A stretch of DNA of 55,602 nt from a virus (lineage: Duplodnaviria; Heunggongvirae; Uroviricota; Caudoviricetes). The stretch spans positions 1-55,602 of the IMG/VR virus record IMGVR_UViG_2923286960_000003. The stretch is one strand, 5' to 3'. Every line of letters begins with the position of its first letter. The first letter of the stretch is position 1. A model generated the notes under the pieces. It was given only the letters and a program-made list of their open reading frames with translations, did no database searches and was not told where the DNA came from. This document shows, in pieces, positions 8,530 to 17,355 of this stretch. The position numbers and the translations under genes were made by a program.

Positions 8530-9570
8530 ATGGCTAACGCCTGGCTCAGATTATGGCATGACATGCCAAATGACCCTAAGTGGCGAACAATTGCCAGGGT
8601 GTCAGGGCAGCCAATTGCAACAGTGATGGCAGTGTATATCCACCTTCTGGTGAGCGCGTCACGAAATGTCACGACATGTCACGGCGTGTCACTACGTGGT
8701 CACATTGATGTCACGACGGAAGATTTAGCAAGTGCGCTTGATGTGACGGAAGAAGTAATTGATTCAATTTTACAGGCAATGCAGGGGCGGGTACTTGATG
8801 GAGATTTAATCACCGGATGGGAAAAACGCCAGGTACTGAAAGAGGACAATGGCAACGTTTCACAAACCGCGAAATCCCCGGCAGAGCGCAAGAGAGCGCA
8901 GCGCGAGAGGGAAAAATTACGAAAACAGAATGAGGGGTGTCACGACGAGTCACGCATATGTCACGACATGTCACGACGAGTCACGACAGATAAAGATACA
9001 GATAAAGAATTAAACCCCACACATAACGCGCACGTGCGCGAGAGTGCTCCGACCAGTGAGTCGAGTGGTACGCCGTTGCAGGCAGCAGAACCTGCATCCC
9101 TGGATGGACTGAGCGAACCCATCGGGAAATTTCCGATGGTCGATGACTGGCATCCGTCGCCGGATTTTCGACGACGGGCTGCGTTGTGGGGGATGGCTTT
9201 GCCGGAGCCGGAATTTACACCTGCTGAACTTGCCGCTTTCCGGGACTACTGGGCAGCGGAGGGGAAAGTTTTCACGCAGGTTCAGTGGGAGCAGAAATTC
9301 GCCCGTCACGTAAATCACGTCAGGGCGCAGGTTAAGCCAGTCAGCAAGGGGGTAAACCATGCAGCAGCACCAGGTGGCACCGCATCACGGGCAGTTCAGG
9401 AAATTCGGGCAGCACGTGAGCAGTGGGAACGTGAAAACGGATTTATCAGCGACGGAAACGGTCTGGAAGCTGTGGGAACTCATGGGGGAGGTTTATTCGA
9501 ACCGCTGGACCCAGAAGAACGGGGCCGCACCTTCGAAGCTCTGGATTGCACAGATTGGCGCGATGACTGA
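8530..9570 (+). CDS. replication initiation protein (replisome-organizer-like N-terminus)
   Basis: N-terminal WLRLWHDMPNDPKWRTIARVSG...HLLVSAS pattern typical of phage replication initiators; two phased GTCAC iteron arrays inside the gene; RBS agaggtga. Confidence 0.55.
   Translation: MANAWLRLWHDMPNDPKWRTIARVSGQPIATVMAVYIHLLVSASRNVTTCHGVSLRGHIDVTTEDLASALDVTEEVIDSILQAMQGRVLDGDLITGWEKRQVLKEDNGNVSQTAKSPAERKRAQREREKLRKQNEGCHDESRICHDMSRRVTTDKDTDKELNPTHNAHVRESAPTSESSGTPLQAAEPASLDGLSEPIGKFPMVDDWHPSPDFRRRAALWGMALPEPEFTPAELAAFRDYWAAEGKVFTQVQWEQKFARHVNHVRAQVKPVSKGVNHAAAPGGTASRAVQEIRAAREQWERENGFISDGNGLEAVGTHGGGLFEPLDPEERGRTFEALDCTDWRDD
8658..8714. repeat. iteron-like array 1: six GTCAC(G) repeats at 10-11 bp phasing
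   Basis: GTCAC at 8658, 8668, 8678, 8688, 8699, 8710. Confidence 0.6.
8949..9030. repeat. iteron-like array 2 (five ATGTCACGAC-type repeats) plus adjacent AT-rich tract; candidate replication origin
   Basis: GTCAC at 8949, 8959, 8970, 8980, 8990, followed by gataaagatacagataaagaattaaa. Confidence 0.55.
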
Positions 9571-10024
9571 GCAGCAAATCCGACAGGTCTGCCGCCAGTG
9601 CATGGACCGCTGCCGGGCGGGTGAAACATGGCCTCCGGACCTGGCTGAGTTTGTGGCGCTGATTTCAGAAAGCGGGGCCAATCCATTTGGCCTGACGGTG
9701 GATGCTGTGATGGAGGAGTACCGCCGCTGGCGTGATGAGTCCTGGCGATATGACGGAAGCGACAAATATCCGTGGCCTCAGCCTGTGCTGTACCACATCT
9801 GCCTCGAAATGCGTACCAGAGGGATTGAGCGCCAGATGACGCAGGGTGAGTTAAAACGACTTGCGGAACGGCAACTGACGAAATGGGCAAAGCATGTTGG
9901 TAACGGGATGAGTGTTCCGCCAGTGCGACGACAACTGGAAGGGGCGAAACACCCGCAAGGGCCAACGCCAATTGAACGGCTGAAACAGGAATACGAACGC
10001 CGGAAGGCAGCTGGTTTTATTTGA
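9563..10024 (+). CDS. hypothetical replication-associated protein
   Basis: ATG overlaps initiator stop (ATGACTGA coupling); 153 aa; no Walker motif; longer ORF from 9359 is possible. Confidence 0.4.
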   Translation: MTEQQIRQVCRQCMDRCRAGETWPPDLAEFVALISESGANPFGLTVDAVMEEYRRWRDESWRYDGSDKYPWPQPVLYHICLEMRTRGIERQMTQGELKRLAERQLTKWAKHVGNGMSVPPVRRQLEGAKHPQGPTPIERLKQEYERRKAAGFI

Positions 10025-10057
10025 ATCTGAGAAACGATTTTGTCGGAGGAAATTTTA

Positions 10058-10828
10058 ATGGAAACCGTATTTGACGCACTGAAAGCAATGGGAAAAGCCA
10101 CATCGGTAGAACTGGCCGCGCGACTTGATATCAGTCGTGAAGAGGTTCTCAACGAGCTGTGGGAACTCAAAAGAAATGGCGTCGTTGATAAAACTGGTCA
10201 CACCTGGTTTCTGGCTGGCGAAGGTGAATCCCGGGTAACCGAAGAGCGGCCAGTAAAATCTGAAGCACAGGATATGCTGACCGGGGAGGTCGAACAAAAA
10301 GTTACCGCAGACATGATGATTGAGTTTATCGGTCAGGATGGTGCTAAAACGTGTGAGGAACTGGCGGGTAAGTTCGGCGTCAGTACTCGCAAGGTTGCCT
10401 CCACGCTGGCGGTGGTAACCGCAACGGGGCGGCTGGCACGCGTTAATCAGAACGATAAATTTCGTTACTGCATGCCGGGCGATAATTTACCAGCAGAGCC
10501 GAAAGCCGCGCTGGTAACGGAAAGTGATGGTAAGGCCTTTCCTCAGCCAGCAGGTGCTGCGTTACCAGTCCGGGAAGCCGCAACACAGGAAGAAATTAAA
10601 ACAGAAACTGTGGCGGACATTGTGCAGCCGTTGCCATCGTTTACCGAAACGCAAGCAGATGAGCTGATTTTTCCGTCCCTTCGCAGGGCAAACCTGGCGC
10701 TGCGCAGGGCGAAAAGTGATGTTCAGAAGTGGGAGCGAGTCTGCGCCGCGCTGCGGGAGGTGAACAAGCACCGGGATATTGTTCGACAGATTACTGATTC
10801 TTCCCGCCGTGTTGTATCGGAAAAGTGA
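10058..10828 (+). CDS. hypothetical protein with two winged-helix-like repeats (DUF1627-like)
   Basis: GGAGGA RBS 8 nt before ATG 10058; two similar segments ([26 protein letters not shown] and [23 protein letters not shown]). Confidence 0.5.
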   Translation: METVFDALKAMGKATSVELAARLDISREEVLNELWELKRNGVVDKTGHTWFLAGEGESRVTEERPVKSEAQDMLTGEVEQKVTADMMIEFIGQDGAKTCEELAGKFGVSTRKVASTLAVVTATGRLARVNQNDKFRYCMPGDNLPAEPKAALVTESDGKAFPQPAGAALPVREAATQEEIKTETVADIVQPLPSFTETQADELIFPSLRRANLALRRAKSDVQKWERVCAALREVNKHRDIVRQITDSSRRVVSEK

Positions 10829-10843
10829 TTGCCGGAGGCGCTT

Positions 10844-11236
10844 ATGGCAAAAGTATTTACACCAGAAGAGCGGGAAGAAGTGAAGGCGCGCATTGTGGAA
10901 TTCGTGCGCCTGAGCGGACGAGAAACTTTTCGACAACTGGCAGATAAAACGGGTGTCAGTAAGACCGCTATTCGTCGTTTATCTGGTGCGCTTGCGGCCA
11001 GTGGTGATGTCTGGCTCTCTGGTTGCGGGGTATTTCCATCAGAGCAGGCGTATCGCGTATGGCGTAAGACACCGGAGAAGGCTGCTGACCCGACACTGAT
11101 TCGAAAGTTACCTGACGGAGAAATACGTCGTTACAACAGACGGCAGAACATAATTTGTCGTGAGTGCCGCCAGAGCGAAGTTATGCAGCGTGTGCTGGCG
11201 TTCTATCGGGGAAACTTTCAGGAGGTGATGGAGTGA
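10844..11236 (+). CDS. hypothetical protein
   Basis: ORF with RBS ggaggcgcttATG; function unknown. Confidence 0.45.
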   Translation: MAKVFTPEEREEVKARIVEFVRLSGRETFRQLADKTGVSKTAIRRLSGALAASGDVWLSGCGVFPSEQAYRVWRKTPEKAADPTLIRKLPDGEIRRYNRRQNIICRECRQSEVMQRVLAFYRGNFQEVME

Positions 11237-11529
11237 GGGTCAGAGTTTATATTGCCGGTCCAATGACGGGATATGAAAATTTCAACCGTGAGGCGTTTCA
11301 CAAGGCGGAAGAGGAACTGAAACGGGAAGGGCATACCGTCTTAAACCCGGCAGTACTTCCGGACGGGCTGACACAGCCGCACTACATGGATATTTGCATG
11401 GCAATGATTCGTTGTGTGGATGCGATTTACATGCTGAATGGCTGGCAGCGGTCAGCGGGCGCTAAGGCAGAGCTGGCACTGGCGGAGAAACTGGGGCATG
11501 CAGTGATTTATCAGGAGGTGGCTCAATGA
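11233..11529 (+). CDS. DUF4406-like protein (nucleoside 2-deoxyribosyltransferase-like fold)
   Basis: GTG start overlapping upstream stop (GTGA); VYIAGPMTGYENFN motif. Confidence 0.5.
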   Translation: MRVRVYIAGPMTGYENFNREAFHKAEEELKREGHTVLNPAVLPDGLTQPHYMDICMAMIRCVDAIYMLNGWQRSAGAKAELALAEKLGHAVIYQEVAQ

Positions 11530-11987
11530 GAGAGGTTAACTATGAGGCGCTTCGTGAGGCAGCACAAAACTATCAGTCGACGCTGGCGTGGTATCAGGCT
11601 ATCCCGGACAGCCCAAATGCTGAACGGGATTGTGATGCGGCTCTTGCTGCGTTTAAGCGTCACATCCGTCATCGGGAAGCGGATATTATCGCTGATTTGC
11701 TGGATGGACTGGAAGAAGCAAAATCACAACTCAAAGAGCAGCGTGAGTATTACGAAGGCGTTATCTCTGATGGGAGCAAGCGTATTGCTGAACTGGAAGC
11801 GCGGGAAGTTCAATTACCGACTCGCTACGACCTTCGATATGGACACCCGATAAATGCAGATGAGCGACATGTCATGATACCTAAAGAAAATGGCAGTTGG
11901 CTTTACCTGATTGACTTAGAACACGCATTACGCGTCGCTGGCATTCGCATCAAAGGAGAGGAGCATGGAAATAAAACCAGAGGATGA
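11526..11987 (+). CDS. hypothetical coiled-coil protein (Ea22-like)
   Basis: 153 aa; translationally coupled; central coiled-coil-like segment. Confidence 0.4.
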   Translation: MREVNYEALREAAQNYQSTLAWYQAIPDSPNAERDCDAALAAFKRHIRHREADIIADLLDGLEEAKSQLKEQREYYEGVISDGSKRIAELEAREVQLPTRYDLRYGHPINADERHVMIPKENGSWLYLIDLEHALRVAGIRIKGEEHGNKTRG

Positions 11988-12321
11988 GTTAAGCAATATC
12001 GTTTTATTTCCGGTAAAAGAGGATGACCCTCGTAATCAGGTTAATTTTCTTTATGAGCCATCGGAAAGACCATATTGTCATCACGCCTCTGTTCGGGTTG
12101 ACGAAAAAGAGCGTCAGGTCCGCTGTAAAATCTGCGGTGCAGTTGTGGAGCCGTTTGACTGGATGCTCTCTGTGGCGAAAAGAGAAACCAGACTGGCAGA
12201 TGATGTAAGGCTATTGCGCCAGGAGGAACAGGAAAGGCGGAAAAATATAGAAAAGTTAATTCAGATTGAGCGTAACGCGAAAGCGCGGATATGCAGGGCG
12301 ACAAAATCCAGAACTGAATAA
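11965..12321 (+). CDS. hypothetical protein with zinc-ribbon-like CxxH...CxxC
   Basis: 118 aa ORF; PYCHH...CKICG. Confidence 0.4.
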   Translation: MEIKPEDELSNIVLFPVKEDDPRNQVNFLYEPSERPYCHHASVRVDEKERQVRCKICGAVVEPFDWMLSVAKRETRLADDVRLLRQEEQERRKNIEKLIQIERNAKARICRATKSRTE

Positions 12322-12416
12322 TTAAATTTAGCACTGTAAATAAAATCAAATCCTTAACCGGAGGGATTTCTGCACCCTCAGAACATCAGGAGGCCGTCCG
12401 AAAGGGCGGTAGTGAA

Positions 12417-12599
12417 ATGCGAAAATTCAAAATAATTATTGAAACGGGAATAGCCGGTGGAGATTTCGAGGATGAATTCGAAGTGGATGATGATGCAACA
12501 CCAGATGAAATACAGGATGAAGCTAAAGATATTTTCTTTAACTACTGCAATTACTCATACCACGAAATAAAAGACGAAGAGGAAGAACAAAATGGCTGA
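12417..12599 (+). CDS. small acidic hypothetical protein
   Basis: 60 aa, highly acidic. Confidence 0.35.
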   Translation: MRKFKIIIETGIAGGDFEDEFEVDDDATPDEIQDEAKDIFFNYCNYSYHEIKDEEEEQNG

Positions 12600-12768
12600 T
12601 TTTGGTTCAACTAAATATAACGCCAGTTTTGAAGAATGGCATGAACTGTTAATGGATTATGCAGAGTTACGCGGTGGAAGTGCCGCTGATGCTGAAGCAT
12701 GGCGTGATGATTATGAAGCAGGGAAAACACCGGTCGAAGCATATTGTGATGAGTGGGGCGATGAATGA
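12592..12768 (+). CDS. small hypothetical protein (58 aa)
   Basis: hand-found ORF MADFGSTKYNASFEEWHELLMDYAELRGG...; stop overlaps next ATG (ATGA). Confidence 0.3.
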   Translation: MADFGSTKYNASFEEWHELLMDYAELRGGSAADAEAWRDDYEAGKTPVEAYCDEWGDE

Positions 12769-13124
12769 GCGAGATTAATTATCAGGAAGGGCATGAAAAG
12801 GTAGGGCAGGCAAAACCAGTGGCATGGCGATATCGCTACGTGAAAAAAGGCGTTACAGACTTTCAGGGGAAGCAGTGGGTTGGTGACTGGAAATATGTCC
12901 CGACAAAAGAGGATTGTAACGACAGACCAAACTATGAAATTCAGGCGTTATTCACGGCCCCGCCAGCTTCGGTGACATCAGAAGGACTGGTTAAAGCTGT
13001 GCGCTTTTATGAACAGGTACGGCGTGAGGATCCGCCAGTTGAAACCGGAGCATGGAAAGACGCTATTGACTGGGTACTCAAGGAGGCCTGCCTGGTTGTA
13101 AACACGGGCATCAAAGGAGGCTGA
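12765..13124 (+). CDS. hypothetical protein
   Basis: 119 aa, coupled to neighbours. Confidence 0.45.
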   Translation: MSEINYQEGHEKVGQAKPVAWRYRYVKKGVTDFQGKQWVGDWKYVPTKEDCNDRPNYEIQALFTAPPASVTSEGLVKAVRFYEQVRREDPPVETGAWKDAIDWVLKEACLVVNTGIKGG

Positions 13125-13340
13125 ATGGGTATTGCCGCAAGTTATACCATGCATCTCTATTGTGATTGCCGCCAGTGTACGGATGGCAAATATCAGTCGC
13201 CAGATTTTGGTGAGTATATCGGTACGTCATGGGCTGGCTGTGCAAAAGAGGCACGTAAAGATGGGTGGCGAATAAGTGCCGACAAAACGCGTGCTTTTGC
13301 GCCAGGGCATAAAATTTTGAGGAGCAACAAAGGAGAGTGA
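13125..13340 (+). CDS. small Cys-rich hypothetical protein
   Basis: 71 aa; CDCRQC...C. Confidence 0.4.
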   Translation: MGIAASYTMHLYCDCRQCTDGKYQSPDFGEYIGTSWAGCAKEARKDGWRISADKTRAFAPGHKILRSNKGE

Positions 13341-13341
13341 T

Positions 13342-13560
13342 GTGCCTACATTATTCAGAAAAGAATATCCGCGAAAAAGTAGAGCGACAGAATTTTTGTT
13401 TCTCATTCTGTTTATCGTGTTGATGATACCGATATCCCCGTTAATTCTGGTATGGGGAATCGGAAAAATAATTGAGCCAGTTATTGAATTGTATAACGAC
13501 GTGGTATGGGCTCCGTTCAACACACTGCACAATAAAATTAATCCGTATAAGGAAAACTGA
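13342..13560 (+). CDS. small membrane protein
   Basis: GTG start; hydrophobic stretch FLFLILFIVLMIPISPLILVWGIG. Confidence 0.35.
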   Translation: MPTLFRKEYPRKSRATEFLFLILFIVLMIPISPLILVWGIGKIIEPVIELYNDVVWAPFNTLHNKINPYKEN

Positions 13561-13561
13561 T

Positions 13562-13825
13562 ATGGCAACTTTGACAAAAAAAGAACAGGCATGGTTGAAC
13601 GAATTACAGGACGTTCTTGATCGCTGTCCATCACCGAAAAAAATTGGTTTTTACACCATTGGCGATAAAAGCATTTACCTGTATGACCTGCGCCGCATGG
13701 ATGAAATCATGGAGGCTCTTGATAATCGTTCGTCAATGGATTGGTGTGTTGCTGTCCATGATATGAATGCAGGGTTTGATGAAAAGATTTTGTTCCCCTC
13801 ATCAGTTGAAAGCACTGCGGGTTAA
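13562..13825 (+). CDS. hypothetical protein (87 aa)
   Basis: internal ATG of listed ORF 13472-13825 chosen (MATLTKKEQ); tight packing. Confidence 0.4.
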   Translation: MATLTKKEQAWLNELQDVLDRCPSPKKIGFYTIGDKSIYLYDLRRMDEIMEALDNRSSMDWCVAVHDMNAGFDEKILFPSSVESTAG

Positions 13826-13835
13826 GGAGTAACAC

Positions 13836-14003
13836 ATGACCACTATTACCAAAGAACGTATTGAATTGTTCATTAAAAACCCGCTTGAAAACGGGCTTAC
13901 CCGTGGTGAACAAATGGAACTGGCACGGATTGCGCTGGCATCGCTGGAAGCAGAGCCGGTTGTGTTCTGGTTTGAAAAATATCAAGAAGGGGCTACGGCA
14001 TGA
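13836..14003 (+). CDS. small hypothetical protein (55 aa)
   Basis: RBS aaggagtaacacATG; stop overlaps next start. Confidence 0.35.
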   Translation: MTTITKERIELFIKNPLENGLTRGEQMELARIALASLEAEPVVFWFEKYQEGATA

Positions 14004-14344
14004 CGACTTTTACCAGAGAGCAGTTAATAGCTCACGCAGAGGAGACTATTGAAGCACAGAGACTGTGCATACCGGGCACAATCGACCATGACATCATCCG
14101 CACATATAAGATGGATATTGCTGTTCTGGAAATCGCACTGGTATCGCTGGCAGCAGAGCCAGCCGGTAAATTGCATGAATACAAACCAGTGGGATATCAG
14201 CGTCTGGTCGATGAGTTAACCATGCTGGTAAAGCAGTTAACCTGGCAACTGAGGAAAGCGAAGCCAGACTGCAAATTACCGGATAAGGCGATGAGTTATC
14301 TGGAGCGGAACGGACTGATAAGCGTGGAGGATATTTTACGATGA
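14000..14344 (+). CDS. hypothetical protein
   Basis: 114 aa; ATGA overlap with upstream gene. Confidence 0.45.
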   Translation: MTTFTREQLIAHAEETIEAQRLCIPGTIDHDIIRTYKMDIAVLEIALVSLAAEPAGKLHEYKPVGYQRLVDELTMLVKQLTWQLRKAKPDCKLPDKAMSYLERNGLISVEDILR

Positions 14345-14635
14345 CCTGGCCTGAAGCATTAACAACGGTAGGAATTGCGATGGCGGTGGCGCTGGTGGTG
14401 TATTCGATTTGCCGCTGGGGATAAAAACGGTTTGCGGGAAAAGGAGAGTTAAGTAGAATTGCAGCGGGTGCTTGAGGCTATCTGTCTCAGGCATGAACAC
14501 CAAAAGGCAGATAGAGAAAAGCCCCAGTTAACATTACGCGTCCGGCAAGACGCTTAACATTAATCTGAGGCCATATCTATGCTCTACACACGTAGGTTAG
14601 CCTCTTACGTGCCGAAAGGCAAGGAGAAGCAGGCT

Positions 14636-14791
14636 ATGAAGCAGCAAAAGGCGATGCTAATCGCCCTGATCGTCATCTGTTTAACCGTCATTGTGACGGC
14701 ACTGGTAACGAGGAAAGACCTCTGCGAGGTACGAATCCGAACCGGCCAGACGGAGGTCGCTGTCTTCACAGCTTACGAACCTGAGGAGTAA
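14636..14791 (+). CDS. hokD: Hok/Gef family membrane toxin
   Basis: 51 aa MKQQKAMLIALIVICLTVIVTALVTRKDLCEVRIRTGQTEVAVFTAYEPEE matches my memory of HokD/RelF; strong RBS aaggagaag. Confidence 0.85.
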   Translation: MKQQKAMLIALIVICLTVIVTALVTRKDLCEVRIRTGQTEVAVFTAYEPEE

Positions 14792-14860
14792 GAGACCCGG
14801 CGGGGGAGTAATCTCCCGCCACCTCTGATGTGCCAGGCATCCTCAACGCACCCGCACTTA

Positions 14861-14880
14861 ACCCGCTTCGGCGGGTTTTT
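14861..14880 (+). terminator. rho-independent terminator after hok; left copy of 20-bp direct repeat
   Basis: acccgcttcggcgggttttt; identical 20-mer recurs at 16696-16715. Confidence 0.6.
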
Positions 14881-14892
14881 GCATTAGTCTGG

Positions 14893-14921
14893 TTGACAAA
14901 AATAGAAAAATGCGAAAATAT
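14893..14921 (+). promoter_or_regulatory. putative sigma70 promoter of the moron cassette
   Basis: consensus TTGACA (14893-14898), 17-bp spacer, AAATAT. Confidence 0.4.
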
Positions 14922-14956
14922 GTGGTTTACGAATTCTAAAAAAAGCGAAACTTGAA

Positions 14957-15607
14957 ATGAATGAAAATCAGTTAGCTCCTTGTTGGGAATTTCAACCTTA
15001 TCTTGCTGAAAACTATGTTCGCCACTTGTTGGCGGAGATCGCTAACGTACTTGAGCAGCTGTACTATCATAAGCACGCATTAGACAGCAACTGGTCTGAA
15101 GGTGTAAGGGCTTATGATTGGGTCAGAAATCATCTTATTCAAAATGAAGATGCAATTCCTGGCCTTGAGATGATTTCCAAGGGGTTGGACTATGTAGTTG
15201 CTTTAAATAAAGTTCCGCTACAATTTACCAAAGATTGCATTAATAACCCCAAAAAGAAACATCGTCTGCGTCGAAATAAAGTAGAGTATGAGCAGCTCTC
15301 ATTGTTTGGTGATGTTGAGGCTGAGCAAGATATTACATGGCGAGTCATAGCTGAGCCTTTTTTATCCGAAGAGGGCGATGGTGAATTAGAGTCCACACTG
15401 CCTCGTTGGGAGGTAGCTCTTGTTGGATTTAATACTTATGGTGCTCAGATTAGTATAGTTTCTCATCAATCTACAGCATCGATGCCGCTTATGCCTCTTG
15501 ATTATAACACACTCCCTGACGAAGCGGAGATTAATAAGGTGCCTCTTCGTCGGCGTACGAAGGATAAAGATTTGGATGTGAGCAGTGATGGAACATCAGG
15601 TGAATAA
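14957..15607 (+). CDS. hypothetical protein, cassette gene A (216 aa, no recognisable domain)
   Basis: AT-rich ORF; overlaps gene B start by about 20 nt; acidic C-terminal half. Confidence 0.6.
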   Translation: MNENQLAPCWEFQPYLAENYVRHLLAEIANVLEQLYYHKHALDSNWSEGVRAYDWVRNHLIQNEDAIPGLEMISKGLDYVVALNKVPLQFTKDCINNPKKKHRLRRNKVEYEQLSLFGDVEAEQDITWRVIAEPFLSEEGDGELESTLPRWEVALVGFNTYGAQISIVSHQSTASMPLMPLDYNTLPDEAEINKVPLRRRTKDKDLDVSSDGTSGE

Positions 15608-16691
15608 CTTCACTGAGTATCGGGGTGATAAGCTCAAACTAGCGAGAATGGCTGTTGGGCTTTCTTGTGAAGAGTTAGCCGAAAAAATTGGCAAGACAAA
15701 GCAATTCGTTAGCAAACTGGAGAAGGGGTGCAGGCCATCGGAGCAATGTCTTGAGTTAATATCTTCAGCGCTTATGATTAAGTCCAGTTTTCTTTTTACT
15801 GAACGAAAATACGCTCTGGAAAGTGATGTCTGCCATTTTCGGAGTAAGAAGTCCAGGACTCAAACGCTGACTAATAGTGTATTGGCCAGGGCTGAGATTC
15901 TTAATATTATAATTTCTGCTGTTGAAGGTGAAATCGAATTTCCTGACGTTAACATACCGGAGCACCCAGGGGCTGAATTACTTACTCCGAATGATATTGA
16001 GCGAGTGGCAGAAGATTGTCGCCGCGCCTGGAATTTAGGTCTTGGCCCTATATCATCAATGGTTAAATTGGCGGAGAGTTTAGGGGTAATCGTTGCGCAT
16101 GTTACGGGAGTCGATGATCGTGTTGATGCTTTTACTGTTCACAATAACAGGCCTGTTATCATCAGGAACAATGTTAAAAAAAGCATATGTAGATTTCGCT
16201 CTGATTTAGGTCATGAATTAGGGCATTTAGTAATGCATGAGGGCATAACGACAGGTGATAAACTTACGGAATCACAAGCCGATCACTTTTCGAGCGCCTT
16301 ATTAGTTCCCAGGTTATCTTTCATTAAAGAATTTCCACGAATACGAGGTAAGCAATTCGACTGGAATGCTCTGGTTGAATTTAAACTTAGATGGAAAATC
16401 AGCCTTAAAATGTGTATTTATCGAGCCAGCGCATTAGGCTTATTGACCCAGGAACAGGCAAGAACTGGCTATATGCATCTTAATTCCAGAGGGTATACGA
16501 GAGTTGAACCTGGTGATGAACTTTTGCGCCCTGAAGAACCCGGCATGCTGGCCGAGGCGATTGAAATGCTGGATGATGCAACCTGGCTAAGAATTCTTAT
16601 GAAAACTGGCTTGAGCCAAGATTTAATTCGTGAGTTGTTCTCCATCAACAGACCTATTACAAATCCAAGAAATATTTTCCAGATTGTTTGA
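15588..16691 (+). CDS. XRE-family HTH fused to ImmA/IrrE-type zinc metallopeptidase (COG2856-like), cassette gene B
   Basis: N-terminal HTH (LSCEELAEKIGKTKQFVSKLEKG); HEXXH motif DLGHELGHLVMHEG; 367 aa. Confidence 0.7.
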   Translation: MEHQVNNFTEYRGDKLKLARMAVGLSCEELAEKIGKTKQFVSKLEKGCRPSEQCLELISSALMIKSSFLFTERKYALESDVCHFRSKKSRTQTLTNSVLARAEILNIIISAVEGEIEFPDVNIPEHPGAELLTPNDIERVAEDCRRAWNLGLGPISSMVKLAESLGVIVAHVTGVDDRVDAFTVHNNRPVIIRNNVKKSICRFRSDLGHELGHLVMHEGITTGDKLTESQADHFSSALLVPRLSFIKEFPRIRGKQFDWNALVEFKLRWKISLKMCIYRASALGLLTQEQARTGYMHLNSRGYTRVEPGDELLRPEEPGMLAEAIEMLDDATWLRILMKTGLSQDLIRELFSINRPITNPRNIFQIV

Positions 16692-16695
16692 GTAT

Positions 16696-16715
16696 ACCCG
16701 CTTCGGCGGGTTTTT
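16696..16715 (+). terminator. rho-independent terminator; right copy of 20-bp direct repeat
   Basis: acccgcttcggcgggttttttgttttt. Confidence 0.6.
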
Positions 16716-16848
16716 TGTTTTTATTTTCAACGTGTTTGAAGTTTTGGACGGTGCCAGAATAGAATCAAAAATACTTAAGTAGCGCGCAGGGAGAAGAGGG
16801 ATGGACCCCGAACAGGGGGAGTGCTATTTATCTGGAAGGATTCTGTTG

Positions 16849-17022
16849 ATGAAAATCGAAGAATTACGTGAAATTTTTAGTGAAGATGGCCTCTATGCTG
16901 TGCGCGTTGAGAATGGGGGTATTACCTACACAGCGTTAATTCCTGATGATCATGTAGTGTTATCTGTTGAGGCATTCATTGAATACTTGGAAAGACTCGG
17001 TTTCAAGGTAGTTCGGGAATAA
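16849..17022 (+). CDS. small hypothetical protein (57 aa)
   Basis: ATG with GGAAGGA RBS; AT-rich. Confidence 0.3.
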   Translation: MKIEELREIFSEDGLYAVRVENGGITYTALIPDDHVVLSVEAFIEYLERLGFKVVRE

Positions 17023-17081
17023 GTTATAATACGTGAGCCAGCCTGAACAACTGGCAACCTGCAGCGCCATTGGAGATGACA

Positions 17082-17354
17082 ATGGCGCATAATTTCAAAT
17101 TTCGCAATTCTGATTCTGCCTTTGCCAGCAGGCACGGGTGGCGTTCTCACGCATTCAAATATGACTGGTATCAGCACGATCCCTGTACTGAAGAACAGGC
17201 CGAATGGCTGATTCATAACTACCGCAGACGTGGATATGAGTTTAGGAAAGCCCTCACCCTCGATTATCGTCACTGGATAATCTACGTCAGACTCCCTTAT
17301 TCCGAACGCCCACCGCGTCCGTCCCGCACATTCCAGCAACGCATCTGGAGGTAA
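17082..17354 (+). CDS. hypothetical protein (90 aa), Rem-position
   Basis: RBS ggagatgacaATG; sits between hok region and DUF968 gene. Confidence 0.4.
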   Translation: MAHNFKFRNSDSAFASRHGWRSHAFKYDWYQHDPCTEEQAEWLIHNYRRRGYEFRKALTLDYRHWIIYVRLPYSERPPRPSRTFQQRIWR

Positions 17355-17355
17355 C

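Noticed and set aside
14341-14424. 27-aa hydrophobic peptide ORF upstream of hok
   Set aside because: Too short to support from sequence alone, although it is translationally coupled to the upstream gene.
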